The position numbers were made by a program, and so were the translations under genes. Positions 36,428-45,039 of a DNA stretch of 64,000 nucleotides are shown here, piece after piece; position 1 is the first letter of the stretch, and each line of letters begins with the position of its first letter. The notes below the pieces were generated by a model. It saw only the letters and a program-made list of their open reading frames with translations. It made no database searches and was not told the origin of the DNA. The stretch is from the NCBI GenBank assembly GCA_034722055.1, contig JAYENL010000314.1, positions 26,641-90,640 of the forward strand, written 5' to 3'. The stretch comes from Armatimonadota bacterium. GTDB taxonomy: Bacteria > Armatimonadota > Zipacnadia > Zipacnadales > UBA5352.

Positions 36428-37333
36428 ATGCAGATTCACCGCAACTATCGCACTGGGTTTGCAGTCATCGTCTCCGTGCTGTGCTGTCTTCTGGTGGTGG
36501 GCGTTGCGGACGCGCGCGAGGTGCAGCTTGCGGGCATCCGTCTCGGCCAGCACGCCGTGAACCTGCTGGACATCTACGGGCAGCCCATGGGCATCGCCAC
36601 CGGCCAGGGCCAGGCCTTCGCCGGTGGGGGGGCCGGCGCCGGCATGGGCGCCGGAATGGGCATGGGCGCTGAGATGCCTGGAGCGGCCATGGGCGCTGAG
36701 ATGCCAGGGATGGGCCCCGGGATGGGCCCCGGCATGGGTATGGAGCCGGGTATGGGCGCGATGCCGGCCGGACCTGAGGCCGGCATGGCCCCGGAGGCCG
36801 GGATGATGGGGCCCGGCGAGTTCCCGGGAGCCGAGATGGGCGCGCCCGGTGCCGGGCCGGCGGTCGGCGCTGCAGCCGCGGGCGCCGGGGTCCAGCGCGG
36901 CGCCTACCCCACGTGGGCCCTCCCGGTGTGGGTGGACCTGGGCTCGAACGAGATCCAGTGGCTGTATCGCGTGCGAGGCGTGGTGCTGGGCTTCGTGCTG
37001 GATCGCGACGGCTACATCAACTCCATTGCCATTGCCGGCGAGGAGTGTGACTTCGCCCGCACCAGCCTGTGGCAGCCACATCAGTACGTGAAGCTCGGCG
37101 ACACCTACAAGCATGTGATCTACCGTTACGGCTGGCCGGACGAGACCCTGACCTACTTCTCGCAGGGGCAGGGCGAAGTGGGGACGGGCGGCGGGCCGGT
37201 CAGCGTTACGTTCGGCGGCACGGTGCGCGAGTTCTCCCGCGACTCCATCCTGCGCTACACCGAGCACAATAACGTGGAGTTCACCTTCCACGATATGAAG
37301 TGTGTCCGCATCCACATCTGGACCCACGAGTGA
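36428..37333 (+). CDS. Secreted protein with a Met/Gly/Pro-rich low-complexity region and a C-terminal globular domain (unknown function)
   Basis: ATG 36428 follows an 'AAAGGTGAGG' SD. Signal peptide 'MQIHRNYRTGFAVIVSVLCCLLVVGVADA'. Residues about 70-150 read 'GMGAGMGMGAEMPGAAMGAEMPGMGPGMGPGMGMEPGMGAMP...', encoded by nucleotide-level tandem repeats at 36640-36850. Confidence 0.6.
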   Translation: MQIHRNYRTGFAVIVSVLCCLLVVGVADAREVQLAGIRLGQHAVNLLDIYGQPMGIATGQGQAFAGGGAGAGMGAGMGMGAEMPGAAMGAEMPGMGPGMGPGMGMEPGMGAMPAGPEAGMAPEAGMMGPGEFPGAEMGAPGAGPAVGAAAAGAGVQRGAYPTWALPVWVDLGSNEIQWLYRVRGVVLGFVLDRDGYINSIAIAGEECDFARTSLWQPHQYVKLGDTYKHVIYRYGWPDETLTYFSQGQGEVGTGGGPVSVTFGGTVREFSRDSILRYTEHNNVEFTFHDMKCVRIHIWTHE

Positions 37334-37458
37334 GCGGCGCAGCACGTAGACCGAACAGGCCCCCGGACTCCCGGGGGCCTTTGATTTGGCTATGCACTAC
37401 GTACCTGCTGGACGGCAACGGCGCGGGCGGGCAAGCAAGTCCGCCTCCTCTTGACGCC

Positions 37459-37525
37459 ATGCATTACCCACACCCGGCGCGCTCGCGCGAGTCCCTCGGC
37501 CGCACTGCGCGGCAAAGCGGTTCGC
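37459..37525 (+). repeat. Intergenic repeat R3 module, copy b
   Basis: Matches the reverse complement of 15557-15620. Further similarity, 'GGCACCCTCGCT', extends to about 37640. Confidence 0.7.
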
Positions 37526-37768
37526 AATGTCGTTGCTGACGGCGAGCGGCAGACCGCCGGGATAGAAGCCGCCGCCTGCGCAAGACGGCTGCGCACGCGG
37601 CACCCTCGCTACGCTGGGGCGGCCTCTCAGTGCAACAACAGGCCTGAGCCCCGCCTCCGTCACAGGCCTCGGCCAGGATGTGGCTAATGCAGGGCCGTAC
37701 GGCTGGGCGACGGTAAAACGACAATAGCCGGGCGGGTGAGATCGCTTGCGATCTCCGGAAGGGCGCGC

Positions 37769-37928
37769 TCACTGTTCCGTGGGCGGCGACGGCTCCTGCT
37801 GGCTATCACCTTCGGCGCCTCCGGCGGCCGGGACCCGCGACGCCCGTCCCTGCGAGAGATAGAGGACCAGCAGCAGCATTGCCAGCGCCATGTCGAGGCC
37901 GGTTATGTGTGTCAGCAGATGGTGCATT
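37769..37928 (-). CDS. Possible small hydrophobic protein (52 aa), speculative
   Basis: A perfect SD 'AAGGAG' lies 8 nt upstream of the ATG (37928 on the minus strand). MHHLLTHITGLDMALAMLLLVLYLSQGRASRVPAAGGAEGDSQQEPSPPTEQ. It lies in an otherwise gene-free 800-bp gap. Confidence 0.3.
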
Positions 37929-38079
37929 GGTCTCGCTCCTTCCGCCGAACATCGGTTCGTAGTATACGTGGGCCGCCGACGAGAGTCAAGCCCGAGCGAA
38001 TGTTCGTTCGAAAGGAGTCCGCCATGTGGCGGGGCCGAGGCTACAGATGATGCCGAGGGACTCTGCCATTGCCCTTGAC

Positions 38080-38127
38080 GACACTCCTATAATAGTGTAA
38101 CCTGATGGGCACTCTCATAGGAGTGTC
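38080..38127 (+). promoter_or_regulatory. 11-bp perfect inverted repeat (GACACTCCTAT-N26-ATAGGAGTGTC) within an AT-rich promoter-like island upstream of sat
   Basis: Arms at 38080-38090 and 38117-38127. 'TTGACG' (38075-80) and 'TATAAT' (38088-93) lie within or adjacent, but the hexamer spacing is not canonical. It sits 50-95 nt upstream of the sat start. Confidence 0.45.
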
Positions 38128-38175
38128 ACGTCGCGGGGCTGACGGCCATTGATTGAGGGAGGAAGCACACGCACC

Positions 38176-39330
38176 ATGATCGCACCGCACGGTGGAGAGC
38201 TCGTCAACAGCGTGCTGGAGGGGGAGGCCCTGGAGGAGGCGCGCGCCAGGGCGGCGGAGTTGCCGACGCTGGTGGTGCCGGAGGAGGCCATCAGTGATGT
38301 CCGCAACCTGGCGCGCGGAGTCTTCAGCCCCCTGCAGGGCTTCGTGACACGGGAGCAGTTCCTCGGGATCGTCAACGACGAGCGTCTGCCGGACGGCACC
38401 ATCTTCCCCATCCCCATCTTCCTCACAGTCGATGATCCGGATCAGGTGCAGGGGGGCGGTGAGGTCGCCCTGGTGAGCGAGGCCGACCCGGACACGCCGG
38501 TGGCCCTCATGACGGTGCAGGAGGTCTTCGAGTGGGATAAGTCCGCCGCGGCGGCGGCGGTGTTCGGGACCGACGACATGGCACACCCCGGCGTGGCGGG
38601 CTACCACGCTCGCGGCGACTATATGGTGGGCGGCACGGTGGAGCTGCTGCACAACGGTCGCGGCCCCTTTGCCGAGGTGAACCTCTTCCCGGCGGAGACC
38701 CGGGAGCTGTTCGCCGATCGCCGGTGGCGGACCGTCTGTGCCTTCCAGACCCGGAACGTGCCGCACGTGGGCCACGAGGAGCTGCAGAAGACCGTGCTGG
38801 GGCTGGTTGACGGCCTCATGATCCAGCCGGTCATCGGGAAGAAGAAGACGGGTGACTACCAGGACGAGGTCATCATCGCGGCCTACCAGGCGCTGATCGC
38901 GAGCTACTTCCACCCCGACCACGTGCTGTTGAACATCCTCCCCACCGAGATGCGCTACGCCGGCCCCAGGGAGGCCATCCTGCACGGGATCATGCGCAAG
39001 AACTACGGCTGCACACACATCATCATCGGCCGCGACCACGCCGGCGTGGGGGACTACTACGGCGAAGAGGAGGCCATTGAGAAGTTCGAGGCCATGGCCG
39101 ATGAGCTGGAGATCCAGCCCATCACCATCCGCGGGGACTTCTGGTACTGCCGCACCTGCGGCAGGGTCGCCTCCAGCCGTACCTGCCCCCATGAGGGCGA
39201 GGCGCGCCTGTCGTTCAGCGGGACCGAGATACGGGCGATGATCAGCGAGGGCACACCGCCGCGGCCGGAGGTCATGCGGGCGGAGGTCTTCGAGGTCATC
39301 GAGCAGTTTGACCAGCCGTTCGTGTCGTAG
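38176..39330 (+). CDS. sat: Sulfate adenylyltransferase (ATP sulfurylase)
   Basis: 'MIAPHGGELVN' N-terminus, 'QTRNVPHVGHEEL' (the QTRN...H motif) and 'GRDHAGVGDYYG'. About 385 aa. There is an alternative ATG at 38149. Confidence 0.9.
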   Translation: MIAPHGGELVNSVLEGEALEEARARAAELPTLVVPEEAISDVRNLARGVFSPLQGFVTREQFLGIVNDERLPDGTIFPIPIFLTVDDPDQVQGGGEVALVSEADPDTPVALMTVQEVFEWDKSAAAAAVFGTDDMAHPGVAGYHARGDYMVGGTVELLHNGRGPFAEVNLFPAETRELFADRRWRTVCAFQTRNVPHVGHEELQKTVLGLVDGLMIQPVIGKKKTGDYQDEVIIAAYQALIASYFHPDHVLLNILPTEMRYAGPREAILHGIMRKNYGCTHIIIGRDHAGVGDYYGEEEAIEKFEAMADELEIQPITIRGDFWYCRTCGRVASSRTCPHEGEARLSFSGTEIRAMISEGTPPRPEVMRAEVFEVIEQFDQPFVS

Positions 39331-39358
39331 CCGAATCCGGGCGGACGAGGAGAGCATC

Positions 39359-39916
39359 ATGCAGAGCGGAGTCGTCATCTGGTTCACGGGCATTCCGGCC
39401 TCTGGCAAGTCCACGCTGGCCACGGCGGTGCAGGAGCGGCTGGAGGCCATGGGCCTGCCGGTCGAGAACCTCGACGCCGACGAGGTGCGGGCCAACCTCA
39501 GCCCCAACCTGGGCTACACGGAGGAGGCCCGCGACGAGAACACCAAGCGCCTGGCGTGGTTCGCGCAGAAGCTGGCGGGGTACGGGGCGAACGTGATGAT
39601 CGCGGCGGTGGCCCCCAAGCGCCGCTACCGGGCCCGCGGCCGCCAGTGGTGCGACAGGTTCGTGGAGGTCTACGTGGAGTGCCCGCTGGAGGTGTGCCAG
39701 CAGCGCGATCCCAAGGGCCTCTACGCCCGCGCCGCGCGCGGCGAGGTCAGCGACATCGCCGGCCTGCACCAGCCCTACGAGGCGCCGGAGGCCCCGGAGG
39801 TGCACGTGACGACCTCCGAGTCCACCATCGAGGAGTGCACCGACGCCGTGATGGCCGCGCTGGCGGAGCTGGGCCATCTGTCCCTGGAGCCGGCCATGAG
39901 GCAGGCGAGCGAGTGA
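39359..39916 (+). CDS. cysC: Adenylylsulfate (APS) kinase
   Basis: 'VIWFTGIPASGKSTLA' P-loop at the N-terminus. About 185 aa. ATG 39359 follows an AGGAGA SD. It lies immediately downstream of sat. Confidence 0.9.
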   Translation: MQSGVVIWFTGIPASGKSTLATAVQERLEAMGLPVENLDADEVRANLSPNLGYTEEARDENTKRLAWFAQKLAGYGANVMIAAVAPKRRYRARGRQWCDRFVEVYVECPLEVCQQRDPKGLYARAARGEVSDIAGLHQPYEAPEAPEVHVTTSESTIEECTDAVMAALAELGHLSLEPAMRQASE

Positions 39917-39917
39917 C

Positions 39918-41261
39918 ATGCTTCGCTGGTTCAGGCGCGGACCGCAGCGGAAGCTGGTCATCATCGGCCTCGACGGCGTCCCCCACTCCCTGCTCACGGA
40001 GCTGATGGAGGCCGGTGAGATGCCCACGCTGGCCCAGATGGCGGGGTGCGGCGACCTCCGCCCCGCTCGCTCCACGCAGCCGACCGTCTCCTGCGCGGCG
40101 TGGACGTCCTTCGTCACCGGCGTGAACCCCGGCGTCCACGGCGTCTTCGGCTTCGTGGATCGCCGGCCCGGCTCCTACCAGCAGTACATCACCGGCGCGC
40201 CCCACGTGAAGTCGCCGCAACTGTGGCGGATGGTGGGTGAGCGCGACCACCGCGTCATCATCATGAACGTGCCGGTCACCTCTCCGCCACCGGAGGTCAA
40301 CGGCCTCCTGGTGGGCGGCTTCCTGGCGCCGAAGCTGGAGGGCGCCACCCACCCGCCGGAGCTCGCCACTCGGCTGGAGCGCCTCGGCTACCGCATCGAC
40401 ATCGACCCCTGGCAGGCCCGGCAGTCCCTGGACCTGCTGCTGGAGGACCTCGACGCCACCCTCGCTGGGCGGGTCGCCGGGGCCACGGAGCTGCTCTCGC
40501 GTGAGCGGTGGTCCCTGGCGATGGTGCACATCATGGGGACCGATCGCATCAACCACTTCCTGTGGGCCAAGTGGGATGACAAAGACCCCCAGTACGCCCC
40601 GCGCTTCGTCGAGTACTACTCCAAGGTGGACGCCGCGGTGGCGCAGATCGCGGAGGCGGCGGGCGACGACGCGGAGTTGCTGCTGCTCAGCGACCACGGC
40701 TTCACGCGCACGGTTCACGAGATCAACCTCGACGTGTGGCTGCGGGAGCGCGGCTACCTGAGCGTCCCGGTGTCGGAGGAGGCCGGCATTGGCGACGTGG
40801 ATGAGCGGACGCGCGTCTTCTCGATGACCCCGGGGCGCATCTACGTCAACCTTCGCGGCCGCGAGCCGCAGGGCAGCGTCGAGCCGGGTGAGGAGTATGA
40901 CGCCTTGCGGGCGGAGGTGGCAGCGGAGCTGATGGAGCTGACCGACCCGGACTCAGGCCAGCCGGTGCTGCAGAGCGTGCAGCCGCGGGAGAAGCTGTTC
41001 TCGGGGGCGGCGCTGGAGCAGGCGCCGGACCTGCTGGCGATCCCCCGCGACGGCTACGATCTCAAGAGCGCGCTGGGCGGCGAGGAGCTGTTCACCTCCA
41101 GCCCCATCACCGGTATGCACACCTTCGACGACGCCTTCTGGCTGATCCGCGGCAGGCAGTTCGCGGACGGCACCCCGCGCGTGGAGGACGGCGCCCCAAC
41201 CGCGCTGGCGCTGCTGGAGGAGGAGATCCCCGGGCACATCGAGGGCCGCCCCATGGCATGA
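39918..41261 (+). CDS. Alkaline-phosphatase-superfamily protein (type I phosphodiesterase / nucleotide pyrophosphatase-like, PF01663)
   Basis: Its start overlaps the cysC stop (TGACATG). 'KLVIIGLDGVPHSLL' and 'SDHGF' metal-ligand blocks are typical of the AlkP core. Confidence 0.6.
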   Translation: MLRWFRRGPQRKLVIIGLDGVPHSLLTELMEAGEMPTLAQMAGCGDLRPARSTQPTVSCAAWTSFVTGVNPGVHGVFGFVDRRPGSYQQYITGAPHVKSPQLWRMVGERDHRVIIMNVPVTSPPPEVNGLLVGGFLAPKLEGATHPPELATRLERLGYRIDIDPWQARQSLDLLLEDLDATLAGRVAGATELLSRERWSLAMVHIMGTDRINHFLWAKWDDKDPQYAPRFVEYYSKVDAAVAQIAEAAGDDAELLLLSDHGFTRTVHEINLDVWLRERGYLSVPVSEEAGIGDVDERTRVFSMTPGRIYVNLRGREPQGSVEPGEEYDALRAEVAAELMELTDPDSGQPVLQSVQPREKLFSGAALEQAPDLLAIPRDGYDLKSALGGEELFTSSPITGMHTFDDAFWLIRGRQFADGTPRVEDGAPTALALLEEEIPGHIEGRPMA

Positions 41262-41399
41262 GTCATGGCGAACCGAACGCGCGCGGCCGCGACAGCAACG
41301 GCCGTGGCGTGGCCAGAGACGCGCGCGGTGGCTGCGGTGAAACCTCGCGCGCCGCACGCAGCACCTCACGCCTCCCGCCAACGACTCGCGATGGCCGGG

Positions 41400-41688
41400 A
41401 CGTCCCCGCGCAGGCCATCACCACGTCGGCCGCCCCGTCCTGATCGCTGCTGACCCAGCCCCAGCTCCCCACGCCGGCGGTGCAGTGCTTGACCGCCATG
41501 TCCATGTCCAGCCACTGCGGCTGCTCCTGCTTGCCGGCCACGATGACGTTGACGTACTCGCGGCTGCGCAGGCAGTGGTCGGCCACCGACAGCAGCGTGT
41601 TGGCGTCCGGCGGCAGGTAGATGCGGATGACGTCGGCCTTCTTGTTGACTACGTGGTCGATGAAGGCGTTCGTCAGCGGCCATGGCGG
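41400..41688 (-). pseudogene. Phosphoketolase (xfp) gene remnant, an internal C-terminal fragment of about 95 aa
   Basis: Minus-strand translation '[95 protein letters not shown]' is colinear with the XFP C-terminal domain. A stop lies directly upstream, and a 1-nt frameshift and loss of similarity follow 'GDVP'. No remaining gene body is present. Confidence 0.6.
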
Positions 41689-41815
41689 CTACCTCCTCGA
41701 ACGGCCTGACACACGTGCGGCCCTCTTTGCGCAGAAGAGGACATGGCCTCGGCAGTGACGAACCTGCGGGCGTTGGGCACATCCAGCACGCAGTAACTCC
41801 TCGCGGGGAGGTCCT

Positions 41816-42892
41816 ATGATGGGCTATCACATCCAGCTTCCGGACGGGGCGTATCACGTCGTGACTGCGCTCGAGCACTGCGCCTGGCCGAACCTGACGC
41901 CCATGCCGAACGGGGAGATCGGGGCGGTTATCTACAGCCACCCCAGCCATGGCTGGCACGAGGGCGATCCGGAGCTGTGGGTCAGCGCCGACGGCGGCTA
42001 CACCTGGGCGCTGCGCAGCGAGGTCACCGAGCACGAGCCGCCGACGGTGCGCATGAACGTGGCGGCGGGCCTCAACGCCCAGGGCCACCTGGTGGCGCTG
42101 GTGAGCGGCTGGAGCCTGCAGGGGGAGGAGCGCGGCGGCCGCGGCCATGTCCTCAAGCCCTGGGTCTGCATCTCCACCGACGAGGGGCACACCTGGGAGC
42201 AGGTGGGCGAGGTGGCGCCGGCCGCCGGCGAGCTTCCCGGCTTCCAGGATGCGCCCACGCTGATCCCCTTCGGCGACGTCTGCCCTGCCGGCGACGAGGT
42301 CGTGGTGAGCTGCTACGGGTCCGCCGACTGGGAGACCGACAGCCGGCGCCACAGCGTCCTGCTGCGCAGCGCCGACGGCGGCCGCACCTGGGGCGACGGC
42401 TCCATCATCGGCGAGGGCAACTACAACGAGACCGACATCCTGGTGCACAGCTCCGGGCGCTGGCTGGCGCTGTGCCGCACCTGGGGCGTGCGCACCGACG
42501 AGCCCGGCGTGGTCCTGCCCGCGAACGTGCGCCTGTTCGTCTCCGAGGACAGGGGGCGCACCTGGCAGCCGAGCCACCACCTGGGGCTCCCCGGCCAGCA
42601 CCCCGGGCACCTGCTGGAGCTGGGCGACGGGCGCGTCCTGGCCAGCTACGGGAGCCGCATCCCGCGCTTCCGCGGCGTCTGCGGTCGCATCAGTGACGAT
42701 GCGGGTGAGACCTGGTCCGCGCCCTTCGTGATCGTGGGCGGGCTGCTGGAGGGCGACCTGGGCTACCCCTCCAGCGTGCAGGTCGATGACGACGAGATCG
42801 TCACCTGCTACTACTCCAACTGCTCGCCGTGGCACCAGCGCTATCACATGGGCGTGGTGCGGTGGAGCCTGGATGCCGTGCCGCTGGACTGA
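41816..42892 (+). CDS. BNR/Asp-box repeat protein (sialidase-like beta-propeller glycosidase)
   Basis: Four Asp-box motifs: 'SADGGYTW', 'STDEGHTW', 'SADGGRTW', 'SEDRGRTW', plus 'DDAGETW'. A GGGGAGG SD is present. Confidence 0.75.
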   Translation: MMGYHIQLPDGAYHVVTALEHCAWPNLTPMPNGEIGAVIYSHPSHGWHEGDPELWVSADGGYTWALRSEVTEHEPPTVRMNVAAGLNAQGHLVALVSGWSLQGEERGGRGHVLKPWVCISTDEGHTWEQVGEVAPAAGELPGFQDAPTLIPFGDVCPAGDEVVVSCYGSADWETDSRRHSVLLRSADGGRTWGDGSIIGEGNYNETDILVHSSGRWLALCRTWGVRTDEPGVVLPANVRLFVSEDRGRTWQPSHHLGLPGQHPGHLLELGDGRVLASYGSRIPRFRGVCGRISDDAGETWSAPFVIVGGLLEGDLGYPSSVQVDDDEIVTCYYSNCSPWHQRYHMGVVRWSLDAVPLD

Positions 42893-42957
42893 ATGGCGGG
42901 GGAGAGGACACAACGGCGTCGCGCGTGAACCCGCCACGAATGGGGTCAGGCCGCGAT

Positions 42958-43052
42958 CCGTTCCGTGGCATGGGCACTCCTGCCCGTGCGCCGTTTCGTA
43001 CGTGCGGGGCTTTCAACGGCCGACGGACAGGAGTGTCCGTCGCACGGAACGG
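42958..43052 (+). other. Large imperfect palindrome (about 95 nt) between convergent genes. Candidate bidirectional terminator or REP-like element
   Basis: The left arm 'CCGTTCCGTGGCATGGGCACTCCTGCCCGTG' pairs with the right arm 'GACGGACAGGAGTGTCCGTCGCACGGAACGG' at about 25 of 31 positions. Confidence 0.45.
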
Positions 43053-43212
43053 CTAACGATCGCGAGTGACGCTGCTCAGGATCGCTGGATGTGCGCGAAC
43101 TCCCAGGTCTCCGTTGATTCGAGGGCGGCAAGGGCGGTTGTGGTAGAGCGGCAGGCGGCCCGGGTGCCCTCCTCCGAATTCCTCCCGCGCTGGGGCGTCG
43201 TGGGGCGGGACG

Positions 43213-44052
43213 CTACCCCGCGCCCTGCCACAGCCGCTGGAGGTGCCGGAGGCTGTGGTGCAGGGCGGCCTGTGTGCGCTCCATCGGGGCGTGCTCCACG
43301 TTGATGACGTGCACGCGATCTACCTGCTGTCCCCTGGCGGCCTCCACGTACCGTTGCAGCGGGGCGTCGCCGGTGCCGAGCTGCACCGACAGGAAGGGGC
43401 GCTGACCGTCGGGGTCCGGCCGGTGGTCCTTCCAGCCGATGACCGGCACGCGGCCGGGATGGCGCTCCAGCAGCTCCCAGCCCGGCTGCTCGCAGGTGGT
43501 CATGTGGCCCGTGTTGAGCAGGATGCCGGCACGCTCGGAGGACAGCTCCTCCAGGTAGCGCTCGCAGTCGGCCACGCTCTCGATGACGCCGTGGTAGTGC
43601 GCATCGACGGCAAAGAGCATGTCGCCGAACTCCCCTGCCACGGCGTCCACGATCCGCGCCAGCCGGCGGATCTGCTCCAGCTTCTCCTCGGGGGTCAGCC
43701 CGGCCGCCTCGGCGCGGCCGCCCGAATGCCCCACATGCCGGCAGCCGAGGCCCTCGGCCGCCCGGCAGGCGTCGCGGAGGTGCGTCACGCTCTCGTCGAA
43801 CGCGGCCTCGGAGGTCGGATCGACGCCTGAGCCGTAGAGGCCCACGATCTCCATGCCGGCCTCATCCGCGATGGACTTCACCAGGTCCAGATCCGACTGT
43901 GCGAGGTCCAGCAGGCAGGCCTCGGGCGTCTCTTGCGCCGTGAGCGCCGGGCGGCCGGGGATGGACATGAGCATGACGCCCTCGAAGCCGGCGTCGCGCA
44001 GCACCTGCAGCGCCGCCGGCAGCGACATGGTGTCGCGGCCCTCGTAGGTCAT
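43213..44052 (-). CDS. Sugar phosphate isomerase/epimerase (xylose isomerase-like TIM barrel)
   Basis: XI-like TIM-barrel motifs. The probable start is 'MTYEGRDTMSLPAAL' at 44052; the ORF extends to 44124. Confidence 0.65.
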   Translation of the reverse strand: MTYEGRDTMSLPAALQVLRDAGFEGVMLMSIPGRPALTAQETPEACLLDLAQSDLDLVKSIADEAGMEIVGLYGSGVDPTSEAAFDESVTHLRDACRAAEGLGCRHVGHSGGRAEAAGLTPEEKLEQIRRLARIVDAVAGEFGDMLFAVDAHYHGVIESVADCERYLEELSSERAGILLNTGHMTTCEQPGWELLERHPGRVPVIGWKDHRPDPDGQRPFLSVQLGTGDAPLQRYVEAARGQQVDRVHVINVEHAPMERTQAALHHSLRHLQRLWQGAG

Positions 44053-44075
44053 GGCGTGGATGATGGCCGAGAAGC

Positions 44076-45032
44076 TCACTGCGGAGCACCCTCTTCGCGG
44101 AGCCGATGGAGGATGGCCTCGCACAGCTCCATGGTGCGAACGGTGTCCTCGACAGGCGCGATGTCCTGCTCCTCACCGCGCACCGCCGCGAGGAAGTTGG
44201 CGACGTCGTCGTGGTAGCCCCACCAGTCGATCAGCCGCTGGGGATTCCACGTGCCCATCTGCATGCAGATGTCGTCGGCCTCCGGTCGATGGTAGCGCAG
44301 GTCGCCGTCGTGGGAGAAGACGGTGTGGCCGGCCCGGCCGGTGATCTCGAAGTAGATGAACTCATCGCCTGAGTCCATCTCCGACGTGACGTTCAGCGAC
44401 GCCAGCGCGCCGCTGGCGAGGGTGATGGCCGCCACGTAGCCGCGAACGCCCTCCTGGGCCAGCGGCGTAGCCTGCACGCTTTTCCAGTCGCCCAGCAGAT
44501 GCAGAATGGTGTCCACCGCATGCACGTTCTGGTCAGTGATTGCGCTGCTCCACGTCCTCCCGGCCATCAGCCCGTAGCGGAAGACCATGAGCGTCGGCGC
44601 CCCGAACTCGTCGGCCGTCAGGATCTCGCGGGTCCGCCGAACCGCAGGGGCGGACCGGAGGTTGAAGCCGACGTGGCAGACCACGCCGGCCTCATGCGCC
44701 GCCTCGGCCATCTCCCGCACCGGCGGGGATGACGAGGCCGCCGGCTTCTGCACGTAGAGTGGGAAGCCAGCGCGGAGCACGTCCAGGCCCACCTCGCACT
44801 GCATCTGCGGCGGCCCGACGCAGAAGACAGCGTCGGGCCCCTCGCGCTGCAGCATCTCGCGGAAGTCCACGTAGACGCTCTCGAAGCCGTGGCGGTCCGC
44901 CGCTCGCCGGGCCCTCTCCTCCACCAGGTCGCAGACGGCCGCGAGCTGAACGTCATGGCGGCCAAGCTGCGGGAAGATGAACCGGCTGCTGAAGCTGCCG
45001 GCGCCGATGTAGGCGATGCGCAGGCTCATCAT
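44076..45032 (-). CDS. Gfo/Idh/MocA family NAD(P)-dependent oxidoreductase
   Basis: 'MSLRIAYIGAGSFS' Rossmann N-terminus and a GFO_IDH_MocA C-terminal domain. The start is at MMSL (45032). Confidence 0.8.
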   Translation of the reverse strand: MMSLRIAYIGAGSFSSRFIFPQLGRHDVQLAAVCDLVEERARRAADRHGFESVYVDFREMLQREGPDAVFCVGPPQMQCEVGLDVLRAGFPLYVQKPAASSSPPVREMAEAAHEAGVVCHVGFNLRSAPAVRRTREILTADEFGAPTLMVFRYGLMAGRTWSSAITDQNVHAVDTILHLLGDWKSVQATPLAQEGVRGYVAAITLASGALASLNVTSEMDSGDEFIYFEITGRAGHTVFSHDGDLRYHRPEADDICMQMGTWNPQRLIDWWGYHDDVANFLAAVRGEEQDIAPVEDTVRTMELCEAILHRLREEGAPQ

Positions 45033-45039
45033 CAGTCCC

